DNA of 64,000 nucleotides. Source: Amoebophrya sp. A120. Its lineage: Eukaryota > Protista > Dinoflagellata. The first letter of the stretch is position 1; every line of letters begins with the position of its first letter. Under the pieces are notes generated by a model. That model was not told the DNA's origin and did not search any database. It saw only the letters and a list, made by a program, of their open reading frames with translations. Positions 37,428 to 49,607 of this stretch are shown in pieces. The position numbers and the translations under genes are program-made. The stretch is from assembly GCA_905178155.1 (NCBI GenBank), contig CAJINV010000003.1, positions 1,607,557-1,671,556 on the forward strand, given 5' to 3'.

Positions 37428-38109
37428 CATACAGTTTTGAAGTGACCATGTGGTTTTGTTCCTGTTATTCGGGATGATGATGGTGTGTTGGTCGTTGCTG
37501 AATAAGTATTATTACCTCCCCACTGGATAGCTCGTTTTTACTGATCTATAGTGCTAATTTGCTACTCGGCACAGGAATGCCATAGACTGCGACTTTTAGA
37601 TCACGCGCATTACAGATTCCCGATAATATTAGCTCCCCACTGGATAGCTCGTTTTCCTTTTTACTGATCCTGCACGACGCGCCTTGTCCCCCTCTATTTC
37701 CATCAATTTGACCGGTAGCACATCTGTAAAAATCTCATGATCTTCACGCTCTGAGCATTTTCATACGTCTCGCCTTGTTCCACTGTATAACTCGCGGCAT
37801 GATCTCTCTAGCTTACTGTATAATTGTTACACTGGCATGCTCCGAAAACTCCCCACACGAAAACTTTGCTTTGTGTGAAATTCTGACAGGTTGACAGGGA
37901 TTGAAGTTAACTTTGCCATGCTTCTAGCTTTGGCCTTCCATGCAACGCACTCGAAAGCTGTTCTCTCTTCTTTGTTGTGTAGATCTATCAAGAATTGCAA
38001 ATACAATTGCAGCAGCTCAAGCAATGCAATCAACGACCTGCATCATCATCGATTACTAGTCTCGTTAAGTTTAACCTTCGCACCAGCAATAAGTGTCTTA
38101 CACAAAAAT

Positions 38110-39500
38110 TAGTCTTTCCACCTGACAGAAATACAAATTTATTAAGAGGAGCCCATCATACTTAAATCGAAGAGGACCCATCACAAATCGAAAATGTAAG
38201 AGTAATTGTTTATCACATCATCGTCTATGTAATAAGACAGCCCGGTAATCGAAAAAGATAAATGCACAACAATGCGCTCCTGTTCCACCAGAATAACATA
38301 TACATTGCGACTCTATCCAGAAATATTGGGGCAACCACGAACACGACAATGATAATGAAAAACAAAAGAATGAATCACTCACGACTGAACTTTTTCGAAA
38401 TCGGAACACATGGGAACACCACTGGAAATTTCTTCAATATAACCATCCATATGTATCTTTTAGGAAACAAATTCTTGTTGGGATAAATATTTCATGATGA
38501 ATTCCTCTTTCTCATTCTTTCTCTTCCTCATGATTTCCCATCGAAAAATTTCATCAATATGTTGTTCTATCAAATCAGAAATTCTTGATGATTGATATAT
38601 TTTTTCCTCTTCCATTGTCATATTGCCATTGTTGACTTAATTTCGTGAGCAATCGATTTCGTTGGTTTTAAAAAAGTTTCGACCATGGATATGTGTTAAA
38701 ATCGAAAATTTTTTGATTCTGATTCTAGATTATGAATGATTGATGGATTTCTTTCTTTCTTCTCATTTATTTCTGGTTATGTTTCAAATTATTTATATCA
38801 TGTTCTTGGATCCGACCCGAGATTTTCTGACATTCATCATATATTCTGTCTGATCATCATATCAATCATTCTCACAAAAAAATTCAATAATTCAAATTTC
38901 AATATCGAATTGTAATTTTCTCTTTATTATTCAAATTTAATTTTCATTTCGGAATTATTCATCCAATTTCATGATCAATATGAACATGAATATATTCTCA
39001 GATTCCAGAAGAAAATATTCATATTTCCCCAAATCTATTCGATCTCATCATCGAAACAAGAAAAAAAAAATCTTTCATGCATTCCTAGAACATGGAGAGA
39101 CCAAGAAAAAAAAATTATTTTTTTTATCGAAAGAAAAAAAATAATTTCATGCCAAAATTTTTTTGAATTCGATTTTCTTATGATCATGATAATTGGAAGG
39201 ATTTATTTCCAAGAAATTAGAAAAATAAATTCAAATTCGAAATAAAATAACAGAAAGATCTTGTGAGAAATGCTTTTTTTTTTTTCCATATCTCCCGCGA
39301 GTCGAATTCAGGTATTTGATTCTGAGAAAGAAGAGATGGATAAGAGAGAATTCATAATCTTCAATCTCTCTGATATGTCATGTGAAGGATTTAGATCTAT
39401 AATGGATTGGTCCAATGGTAAACAAAATGTATAGTTCTGATATGAAAGAATCATGGGGAAGATGAATGTAGTGGTTGTCTTCCATGAGATGAATTCAACA
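38110..39500. other. AT-rich island at the convergent strand-switch region
   Basis: Abrupt compositional shift with long A/T runs relative to the flanking genes; no recognisable protein in the frames I read. Confidence 0.75.
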
Positions 39501-39607
39501 GCTTCGGTGCCCACCACGACCGGGTATGGTTAATAGCCCATAACTACAGTTGTGCACGACCCATTGTGGTCTAACAATATGTAGAGTGTATTTTCATAAT
39601 TTCCATT

Positions 39608-42600
39608 TCAATTCAATGATGTTGATGATGTTCTCAATGCAACCATGATCATGTGCGGTGTAGTGACACAACTGAGGCCAATGAATATGATTTGCATGTG
39701 TATGCCGAGCGATACAATGGTTTTTGTCAGTGTGTGGCTCGGAATGAGGAAAAGAAGAAACGGAAAAATGCAACAGGGAGCTGTAAACCCTAATATTATT
39801 TTCCAGAAATTGAAATCGCTAGACGTTGCAGTCGTATCATTTTCTCTAACAGAGGTAGTCGTCGGCACCATCTTCCCTGCATGCTCACGCCCATTGTGGT
39901 AGTTCGTTTCGGTGTCTCCTATCGTTGCTGCGCTATCCGTCCTGGTTCCTCCAGGACAACTCGTGTATGGACGTCGTTGCGAACTCAGTGTTTGAATTTT
40001 TCCTTTCGAAGTGCTATGCTGGTTTCGGTTTGTCAAGACCTCAGCCTGCATTTTGGTTCCGTCCGCGGACGTCCCGATTTCAGGTCGTAGCCCCGTGGGT
40101 ATTGATTGTGCTGATGTACCAAATTGCGTCAGTTCGATCTCATCCGCGTCATTCTCATTTTTCCTGCTGCTGGCAACATCAAAAACTTCAGAATCATTCC
40201 TCATGCCGGCGGTGCGGCTGCGGTGTGCTGGTGGCGCTACAACATTTCCATCTTGGGCGAGGGCTTGGTCCTGCAGGTGGAATTCCGCCCAGATGGAGTA
40301 CAAATGCCGCAGCGAGTGGTAGAAGTTGAAGTAGATTCCGAATGCTATGAGTGGCGGCAGCTGGCGAAACAACAGGTAAACGAGGATGAGCTCCACAAAC
40401 TCGAACAACTGGAGGTTCAGGCGAAAACAAACCGTTGGCACGCTGAGGCATGTAGAAGATGCACGAGAAGTTTTTACTGGCCTTGGAGCAGAGGCAGAAG
40501 GTGTGCGAGCAGTAGATATTTTCGCCCTCGCGTCGCGAAAGAACGTAAGGCCGCCGATCACGACACGGCGAAGATTTATAGTGATCACCAGATCGCGGTC
40601 CTCGGAGGCTTGAGCGTATCCAGGTGGGTGCCCTCCGTGTTCACAATATGCCGACTTTTGTGGTGTCGTCTTTTCTCCTTGCATAACGAGAACGAGAAAG
40701 AGGAGAAAAGCCAGGAAATGTACCTGGTAGAGGCTTTGCAGGAACTGGAACAGCTGGAACAGCGCCTCCTCTTGGCCATCATCTGCAGTCACTTGTTCGC
40801 CCGCCACGAGTTCGATGGTGTTTTCAGCGCCGGCGTTGTGTATTCCTTCTTGGCTTGTTTGTGCCGTGATAGGCACGAACGCGCGGAGTGTGTCTAGGGG
40901 TGCTTGCGCTATCGCCACCAGAAACATGCCACCGCGGACGTAGAAGGCCAACATCGTGCGGAGGTGCGAGGTGAGTTTTTTCACCAGCGCGCGTTTTCCG
41001 GTCCGGAGTTGCGATGCACCGCGCATTGTCGACGACGGGTAGGTGGAGGTGCTTCCTCTGGCGTTCTTGTATTGATTGTCCTCTCCAAGCGGACGAGCTG
41101 ACTTGAGTTCCGTCCACCAGAGCGTATCGCCTTCGCCGAAGTGGTAGATGGAGGTAATCAGGAACAGCTTCAGAGCCAGCACGGGTGCCACCGACCACAA
41201 CACGAACGTAAGAAACATCAGCGTCAAATACCACACAAGCCAAATTTGAAACTCCTTGTCTCTCAGCAAGAATTGCACTATGCTGTCCGTCGTGCTCGAA
41301 CCACTTGACGCGCTGCTCGAGAAGGACGCAGGAGTGGATGCTCGCGATTTGCTTGGTGGATTCTTTTGCGTCTGCTCATAATTTTTCATTCCTCGCAGTC
41401 CCATTATCGTCAGAAATATTCTTTGCAGCGTCCATGGGTGGGCTTTGTTTTTGCTCAGTCGTGATGTAGTGTTGTCGGTATAAAAATTTGCGCCGCTGGT
41501 CGTGGTAGAGAAGTTGTTCTGCGATAATTCCGATTCCGATGCCAGGGTTTCGATGTCGTCCCTCTTCTTACTCACACCAGCCTGCGGAGTGGTTGCGAGG
41601 TAGTTCCACGTGCGTCGTTTGAGAAGCCACCAGAGAATGGGATCCGAAGCGCCGTGCGGGAGGCCGAACAGTGGAACCGACACGAGTAAGAAAAGCACCT
41701 GTGTCGAGAGCGACAAGGGCGTTTCGGACGACCCGAATTGAAATTCCAAAAACAGGGTGAACAAACACCCCGCCAGACCGATCGCGTTCGAAAACAGCGT
41801 CGCAAGTAGCGCGAGGTCGATATCACTGTAGTTATTTCTCTGTGGTGCAACTGTTTCTGTTCGAGCAGACGGCGAGGGGGGAGCCTCCTCTGAGAGCAGA
41901 GCACTTCGTTGACCTAGGTGCTCGTGCTCGTCTGGAGTAGATTTGATGACGTTCTCGTCCCGCAGATGGATGGCCCATAGATGGACGGCTCGGAGTGCGT
42001 CGACGAAGGTAAAACGGTGGTCCTCCGCTGCCTGCAGTTTGTACACACACACCACGGTCATTGCCAAGTGCAGGCCCGATACGCACATCGCTGAGGTGAC
42101 GAAGAAGAAGAAGGCCTCCTCGAGCGGCAGCGCGAAAGAGAAGGGTTGCAGGCTGATCGGCGCCACAAACACGGGGTTGATGCGCCACACCCCGTTTCGG
42201 ATCGCCCACACGTATAACAGTGCACAACTCCCCCTCGTCCCGCTCAGTTGCATAGCATGAACGGCAATACAAGTATCCACAAGAATGCCGGTTTTGCACG
42301 ACACATTTGCCGCGCTGGAGTGTAGTGCTATTTGGGCTACCAGAACTTGTCATGCAACTAGTGCCAAGAACGAAGCAACGGGTGGATTGGGTATTTTGCA
42401 TGACAAATGAGGGGGAGGGGGAGTTGTGCACTGTTATAACACGTCGGTGAGGGACAGAAAGATGGTGGAGAGGAGCGTTATTTTCAGAATCGACAGCCGG
42501 TTCTTGGCGACGCAGGCCGCACCGTACACCCATTGCAGCCAGAGGACGGGCATGGACCAGACTAGAATATCGCAAGAAAAAACTGTTTCACTGTGAACTT

Positions 42601-45600
42601 GTGATGCATAGCATGGAACACAGAACTATTTGTCTTGCTACACCTGCAAGACCTTGACTCTTTAGGGGTGTTTTCCCTTTGGAAGCGCGCAAGGCAAATT
42701 TTCTGTGTCATGTGTAATAAACTTGTCATGCAGATCTTGCAAAATCATCACAGTGAAACAGTTTTTTCGTGGGATATAGAATCAGGCCCAAATAAAGTCC
42801 TGAGCTGCCTTCCGTTTCGCGAAAGGCCGTAGAAGAGGACGTGCCGGCGTGGTCAGAGATGGTGCGGAATTGGAGCCCGCCTGCTAGGTGGATCAGACCC
42901 GTACCAATAAGGAAAAGCGCCCAGAGCAGCACGATTCCGCAGCGGCGCACCCGCGGTTTCAGGGTGGTCGTCGCTTCCGAAGTGATGCTGAACATGTTCA
43001 TCTTGGACGAGTCGTCGTGTCGCTCCTGACCCTGAGCCGTTCTTGGGGCATTATCGAAAGTTGGCGTGATATTGCGATGAAAATGAATTCTGTCCCGCAC
43101 CACCGGCGGCATTTGCATCTCATCCACATTTGGGAAATGCAGCGCCCAGAGCAATGCGCAGAGGATGGTCTCCAAAGAGAAGAATGCGTACTCCTCAATG
43201 GGCACGTAGCCAATCACGAACAGCACACGGGACCCTACTTCGTAGCCCCACACGCCGCGGTACACGAGGTAATTGTCCCAGGCGACCGTCCACGTAGTCG
43301 CAACGACGCACAACACCACAGTCCAGAACCGCCACGCGTCGAGGTACCATGACGTGTTGCCATCCATAGTCGGGAAGAAGTAGCTTGCTACGAGCGAGCA
43401 CTTCGATGTGGAGGTGCGCTGTTGCGTGTCGAATGGCGTAAACTTTTTCTTTACCACACGGACGTCGCTTTGGTGCGAAGTTCCGTCATCTTCGGATCCG
43501 GAAGAATCTTTTGGACCTTTTCTCCTTTCGGTATCATATGGAAAACCGAAAATTTCTCCTTCTCGTTCTCCCCCGCGGCCGGCGTGATTTCGATTTGTTC
43601 TACTTGTCGTGCCTGTCGTCGTGCCCGGGCCGCGAAGGGGTCGGCTGCCGCACAAAAACAGAGCTGAGAGCCCGAGTCGTTTGGAGCGCAACCCCACACG
43701 AATGTGCAGGAGTCGGCGGAGGATGTAGATACTGGGGAAAATCCAAATGCAGTGGTACTGGAAATACGTGAATTCGGTGACGAACTCCGGTAGATTTTTC
43801 ATCTTCTGCAGGTCCTCTACTTCTCCGTTCGTGTCAACGTCTTGGCCAAGGATCTCGAGCACCAACGTCGCAAGAGCCGACTTCCCGAGGCGCAGCAACT
43901 TTTCGAAGTGCGGCGAATGCGTCAAGAAGCTCAAGATCCCGAGCACCACCACGGGGACCAGCATGCGCATAGCCCACGAACACAGGACGCTGACGAAGAA
44001 GATGCGCAGCAGCTTTTATGAAATGCAAAAATGTCTGGGTCTGGAAACTTGTAAAAATGCTGGGTCGGGAAGAGTGAATGCTCTATAATGCACGGCCAAG
44101 CATGAGAAATATCCGCGCTGCTTAGTATTGCGCTTTCCGCATGACAAAGTGGGTTTGTGCATGACAAGTAAACGGATCTCATCTTGGACACGCATCACAA
44201 ACTTTTCAGTCATGCCAGACACGCATGACAGACTTCGCATTCTTCCAGACCCAGACATTTTTGCATTTGATACCTTTTTGATCGAGACCAGTCTCGTAGC
44301 CAGCTGGAGCTTCTTGCGGAAGCTCACGCGCGCGCGGTTCTGCTTGCCGGCGTTGTGCGCAAAGATGTGGTAGTTTTTCGCGAACCGAATTTCCTCGTGA
44401 ATCTTTTGGTAACAGATACTGGAGAACAAAATCAGGTCGCTGACTTCTTTGGGCAAGGCCGCGATTCCGGGTCGGGCCTCGGTGTAGTACTGGTCCGCGA
44501 TGGCCATCATGAACTCCATGAACCGCGTCCATTGTGAGTAGTGCTTGGCGACCGGCGGCTGGTCCACTTTGTGCCAGAATTGCTCCAGTGCCTCTCGGCT
44601 GCTCCGGTGCATCTCGAGCTGCCCACTTTCGACCTGCTTGCGCTTTTCGTTGGTCGCAGCCAGCCACGAAAGCGACATATTCTGCTCCTTTTTCTCCAGG
44701 TCAATGTCGAAGAAGTCAACGAGGTCGCTGGGCATGTAGACGCGGTGGTAGTCTAGGTCTTCATCGATGTCCCGAATCATGTTTGTCAGCTGAAACGCGT
44801 TTCCGAGCGCGCGCGCGGTTGGCAGCAGCTTTTTCCGCACGTCCAGCGCGCGTTCGCACAGGTCTGCGGCCTGCGGGTCGTGCTCGAAATACTTCAGTAT
44901 GATATTTCGGGTCGACTTGTGTAGCTGCGTTGTAGCCGTGTGCTGCGGTTGATGTCTCACTCCTAGAGCAGTCGCCGAGTTTAAGTTTTCATCTACAAGT
45001 CGCACTTCTAGTTGTACCTGCTCGTGGTGTTTGTTCGAACTGCTACTGCGGCTCTTGCCTAGTCTCTCGTTTACGCAAAAGGCGCGGGCATCGGCTTCGA
45101 ACGTTTCGACTTGAGCCACCAAGGTCTGGATTAGCTGCGAGGCGGGCGCTCTTGGTGTTGTCGCCAAGTGCGAGCTGTCTTCGTAGTTATGAGGCGTGTT
45201 GTTCTTGGAGGTGAGCTTCGTTCCCAACAACTCTTGAGAATGATCAGTACCAGCGGTTGTGGTGTAGCCAATGCGTGCTCGCGGGCCATCGGGTGTTGCT
45301 GTTGCAGCGGTGCAGGTCGGAGTAGAAGACGACGCCAAACTGGAGGAAACCGACGTTGAGGCCAAGCTCTCGGTGCAGCTTGCAATGCTGGTGCCAGAAG
45401 TGGTCTCAGTGGCTTTAGTAGCAGAGGGACTTCCACTTAGCTCGCTTTGGCTTCTGTTACGATCATTTTCCTCCTCCTCGCAGCACGCGATCTCGTTCTC
45501 CAGCACTTCTCGCGGCAAACACGCGGACAGACCGGGGCACAGAATTGGCAACATGAAGTCGCCGATCACGGCGGCAGAACCCTTCATGTATTCTACCAGG

Positions 45601-48600
45601 TCGTCAAAGTTGCGGCAGCGAACCGTTTCCGCGCCGTCGATGAGCATGGACTTGAAGAAGTCCCGAAAGAGGGTGGAGGGGTACTCGCGCCGCAGCGAGG
45701 CGTCCATCACGGCGGGCAGAATCGGGTGCCGCTGGTAAAACAAGTCCATCAGCAAATCGGCCTTGTCTTCATCCGCATCGTCGGGCCCGTCGCCGTCGTG
45801 GTCGTCTCCAGATGCTGAATACGCAATTCCAGGTCGTGGTCCTGCAGTTCTTCCTCCAGGAGCACCTCCGGATCTTCTTCCGTCGTTACTCCTCCCGTTG
45901 CGCACCGCTAGCTCCCAGCACTCCCAGAAATCTTTGATGAAGGCCTCCAGACGGGCTTTGCGTGGGGCCTCGTTGTCCACGGTGTCGACGTAGTCGTCAG
46001 CGATGCGAAAAAGACCGTACATGGCGGCGGTATCCAGGAATCGGCGGAAGTCCATCAGCGTGGCTGCCCCGAAGTAGGTTGTCCCGTGCTTCCACATGAG
46101 ATAAACCGCGAGGCAGTAGGACCTTGCAAGCTTGTCGCGCCGGATCTTTTGGATGGCGAACAACAGAAAAAGAACCAGCGGAATGGTGACGCACAGCAGG
46201 CTCAGGTTGACGTGCCGCAGTGCTTCCGCAAAATACCGCTGGCGGGTGGCGAAGGCGAGCGTGGAGTCTGGGGCTCGAAAAGGGCGTTCGTCCTGCGGGC
46301 TGGCTCTGCCGGGATCCGCTGCTGCTCCAGGCACGTCGTGGAGCAGCAGGTTCTCACGCGCAGCCAGAGATGGTGGACCTGCGTCAACAATATCCGCCGA
46401 CGTAGCGGTACTACTAGCGCCAGTCAACATGATCTCCTCGGATGTTCTTGTGCCCGGCATCAGTTTGGCCAGTGTCCACGCTACGCTTTGCAGAAGGCTT
46501 TCAGGGATTTCGTGGATGCAGAAGTAGTAGGAGTAGCGCACAATCGCCCACAGCGCAAGCAGGACGTGATTCGCGAAAAACAGGAGATACTCCGGACGGG
46601 ACAGCGTTTCCGGATCTTCTGCTGCAGATTGTCCTGATCTTGTTCCCCCCGTTGTGCCACTTTCTTGAAGCTTACGGTCCAGCAAGTTCGCTGCTACCAC
46701 TCCGCTAACGAGCGAAGGAGGCACACCGGGACCCGGACTCGTGAGGTGCCCAGCGAAGACGAGGTTGGAGACCTGTGTTACGCACAGAAATTTGAACATG
46801 AGGCACTAGGGCTGCGTGGGATAGTACACCAGGTTGAAATAACACCGTAGAGGTTTTATTTCTTGGCCTAAAAAGCATGATACCTGAATCCGACGAGGCG
46901 GCTTCTAAATGATACTTGATCAATCTATTGGTATTGGTATTGATGTCATACCTTGCTCTCCAGACTGGGCTTGAAGATGAGCGACTGCGTCAGCGTGTTT
47001 GCGAGGCCGAAAGCGTTTCCGCGGAAGGAGTTGAACCCCTGCTCAAATTCCCGTGTGCCCGCATGCCGCTCGTAGACAAGCGTTTTCTTCAGCTGCCCCG
47101 ACGGTAGCTGAAGTCTCTGCTCCATGCGGATGAGGACTTGGTGCAGAAGCTTCTTCCAAAACTGGGCCTGGCACGTACTAGGTTTGATGTTGGAAGATGA
47201 TGATATCTCGCGTTCATCTTTCCCGATCCCGACCGGGGGATCATAATCGATGTCCGCGTGCTGTTGGTCCTCGTCCTTGTTACACCTGGACAGGAGGTCG
47301 TTCATCGTGTACGGAGTCGGAATGAGAACAAACAACGCCTCTCCGCCCCGCACTGCGCCCTTCGGGTCCGTTTTGGTCGTCGCGCTCACGTAAAAAGTGA
47401 AATTCTGTACCGCGGCGTTCAGTGCCTCGTCCAAAACACTTGTTCGCTCGTAGTTGCCATTACGATGCTTTGCCGGCTCCAGGGCGAACACAGCCTCCAG
47501 ATGCGTGTCCAGGTCGGTCTCGAAAAAGAAGTTGTGGTGCAGGAGGTTGGGGATGGTCTGGTTGAAACCGAGGTAGAAGAGGAGAACCGACGGGGAAAAA
47601 ACCATCTGCTCGGACCAATACTTCTCCGCGTCATACCGCCGATATCCAGTGCAAAAATATCGCACTCGTAGTACTTGCAATTATGCATTACAAATCTCCA
47701 TCCTAAGGGAAAACAGCATGACAAATTCCATTCGAATCCGTTATGCTGAGGTAATTTGTGATGCAATTGCTACTAGTACGTGTACGATACTTTTGCAATT
47801 CATAGCCGAAAACGTTTCGGCAGCAACTTCTGCTCCACAAACCGATAGTCGGCGGCGGCGACGACGCCAGTGTAATCTCCGTGGCAGATACTAGTAGGGG
47901 GCATCTTGCTGGTCTCATGGACGTTCTGTTCTTCTGCGATGTGCTGGGTGGACAAGCTAGAGGTTGGCTTCTCATAACCATCTGTGGTCGACGAAACCTT
48001 ATCCAGTTGCAATGCGTTTTCAGTTTTCTTGTGAAAGCAGACGGCGTGCACCTTTTCCTCTCCACTGTCCGGGTGCAACATCAGGCGGGACAGTCGCTCT
48101 GCTTGTGCAGTCCTTGGAATATCCGGCCTCGCGGAGGGTTTGGCGTGAGTACCGGGCGGCTTGGTCATTCTTACACCAGAGGCTGGAGGTGTTTGAGATA
48201 GAGTTGTAGCTTGCGGCCTCGTCGTCCCTGCAGCACGTACACCGTCGTCAGACTTAATGTTAGAGCGAGCAGCTGCGTCTTTCGAATTGTTTCCGCCTCT
48301 ATTTCGCAGGTCGTGGTCCTCGGAAAATTCCAAAGCGTCCACCTCGGCACTGAGTTCAAACTTGACGCCGTTCCTGCGCGCGAGTTGCTCGAGGGCCTTG
48401 ACGGGGGCGCGGAACCCCTCCCCGTTCTCGGGGTACCAGGTGCCGAGCATGTGGCCGCCGTAGGTCATCAGGCTGTACAAGGACGGGGCCGCCTGGGGGC
48501 TGGCGCCGACAAAGATGACTGGCCACTTCAGAAACCGTCGGTTCCAGGGATCTTTCACGAACTTCGCGATATGGTTCTGGAACGAGTTGAACATGTCCAT

Positions 48601-49477
48601 CCGGAGCGCTGCGGATACCAGTTTGGGGTCGAGAAACTCGGTGAAGGAGACCATCGGTTTCCAAATCCATTCGTAAATGCCCGTCTGGTACTTCTCCTCC
48701 GCTTCCGCCATGAATAACCGCAACGAAATTCGCTCTGCGGTGGCAGCTCCTGGGGAGGCTGCATATTTTCGACCACGTGAAGACGCTGCGGGTGCGGCAG
48801 GAGCTGCATCTGAGGAAAATACAAAGGCAAGTTGTTTTGATGGCACAGCCGCATTTTTTTCAAGGTAATTAAGGATCGTCCCCTTTGCCTCTACAACACG
48901 GTTTCTTCTTTCTGAAGGCGAAGGGGAAGCATGTGCATGTACATGTATGAGCACCAAAGGTCTTTCTACGTTTAAAAATACCTCCGATCGATTCCAGCAG
49001 GTGCCTGCGCTCGCGATCTGCGAGGAAGTTCAGGAGATCCTCCGGTTCGCCGGGGATGTCGACAAAGCTTTCGCTTTGTGGGCCCGCGTCTTCACGGGTT
49101 GTAGAAGACGTTTGTTCCAGTCCCCCGGATGACGGATCGTGCCGTGGGGGAGGAGGAATCTGGACTCGGTACGCGGGGTCAAGTTTTTTCAGCGTGTAGA
49201 ATTCACTGACCTTGCCACCAAACCTCTCGAAAATCCGCTCGAAGACATCCGGAAACCAGTACCAGGACGGGCCGAAGTCGAACTGAAAGCCGTCGCCGAC
49301 TATGTGCTGTGCGCGACCCCCAACGGCTTCGAGCCGCTCGTAAACAGTGACATCGTACCCTAGACGGTTCAGTTCCAGACTGGCGGCCAAACCACTGAAA
49401 CCACCGCCGATCACGGCGACCTGTGGTCGAGCGAGGTAGTACTTTTTTACTTCTTTTTTCGTCGGCATGATCAGCAT
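39608..49477 (-). CDS. crtIBY-blh: Tetrafunctional fusion: phytoene desaturase (CrtI) - phytoene synthase (CrtB) - lycopene cyclase (CrtYc/d type, two repeats) - beta-carotene 15,15'-dioxygenase (Blh/Brp)
   Basis: CrtI: VAVIGGGFSG, FDFGPSWYW, GNAFGLANTLTQS, NLVFAGHLTSPGPGVPPSLVSG. CrtB: RIADDYVD, YMKGSAAVIG, AFQLTNMIRDIDED. Cyclase: WDNYLVYRGVW/PIEEYAFF and AIRNGVW/LPLEEAFFF. Blh: GLPHGASD, YHFGEGD, YHSLRH, VTTPHM. Introns of 70 (48912-48981), 167, 179 (46773-46951), 261 (44013-44273), 214 and 231 nt each give exactly the needed frame change. The result is 8,748 nt (2,915 aa) from ATG 49477, or 2,967 aa with the distal first exon. Confidence 0.9.
42213..42438. mobile_element. Introner in the second cyclase repeat
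   Basis: TIR tataacagtgcacaactccccctc / gagggggagttgtgcactgttata; direct repeat acacg. Removing 231 nt gives LSLTDVWAIRNGVW. Confidence 0.9.
42568..42776. mobile_element. Introner in the second cyclase repeat
   Basis: TIR tatc.ca.gaaaaaactgtttcactgtga; direct repeat tagaa. Removing 214 nt gives YLGLILVWSMPVLWLQW. Confidence 0.9.
44017..44272. mobile_element. Introner, TATCAAATG family (can also be read as GT-AG on the minus strand)
   Basis: TIR tat(g/c)aaatgcaaaaatgtctgggtctggaa; direct repeat (g/c)cttt. Removing 261 nt fuses CrtB to the cyclase (SIKKLLRIFF). Confidence 0.9.
47643..47804. mobile_element. Introner with diverged TIRs in the CrtI domain
   Basis: Imperfect inverted repeat of about 50 bp (tgcaaaa.tatcg...gcaatt...acaaat); direct repeat gccga. 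Removing 167 nt gives LPKRFRRYDAEKYWS. Confidence 0.85.
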
Positions 49478-49607
49478 CAGAGTGACGAAGTAAAATAATA
49501 CGGTTACTGGCGGCACGACGGGCCACAGACGACGCCCTGAGAACCCACGAAGATCCTGAAAAGATCACCCCCGACACCCCAGGGGGAGGGGTCGGAAAGA
49601 TTCGGAG

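Noticed and set aside
38218-38409. cox1 fragment (SGGTG)
   Set aside because: The required WTxYPPL continuation is absent, so this is likely a chance match.
55-49477. Functional photosensory cluster (CLC + Kir + retinal enzyme)
   Set aside because: The genes are on different strand blocks with unrelated genes between them; proximity alone is not evidence.
39608-49516. Bacterial-style operon of separate crtI, crtB, crtY and blh genes, or a frameshifted pseudogene
   Set aside because: ORF breaks fall inside domains or at introner/GT-AG boundaries, and each break is repaired exactly by intron removal. Two domain junctions lie within single ORFs.
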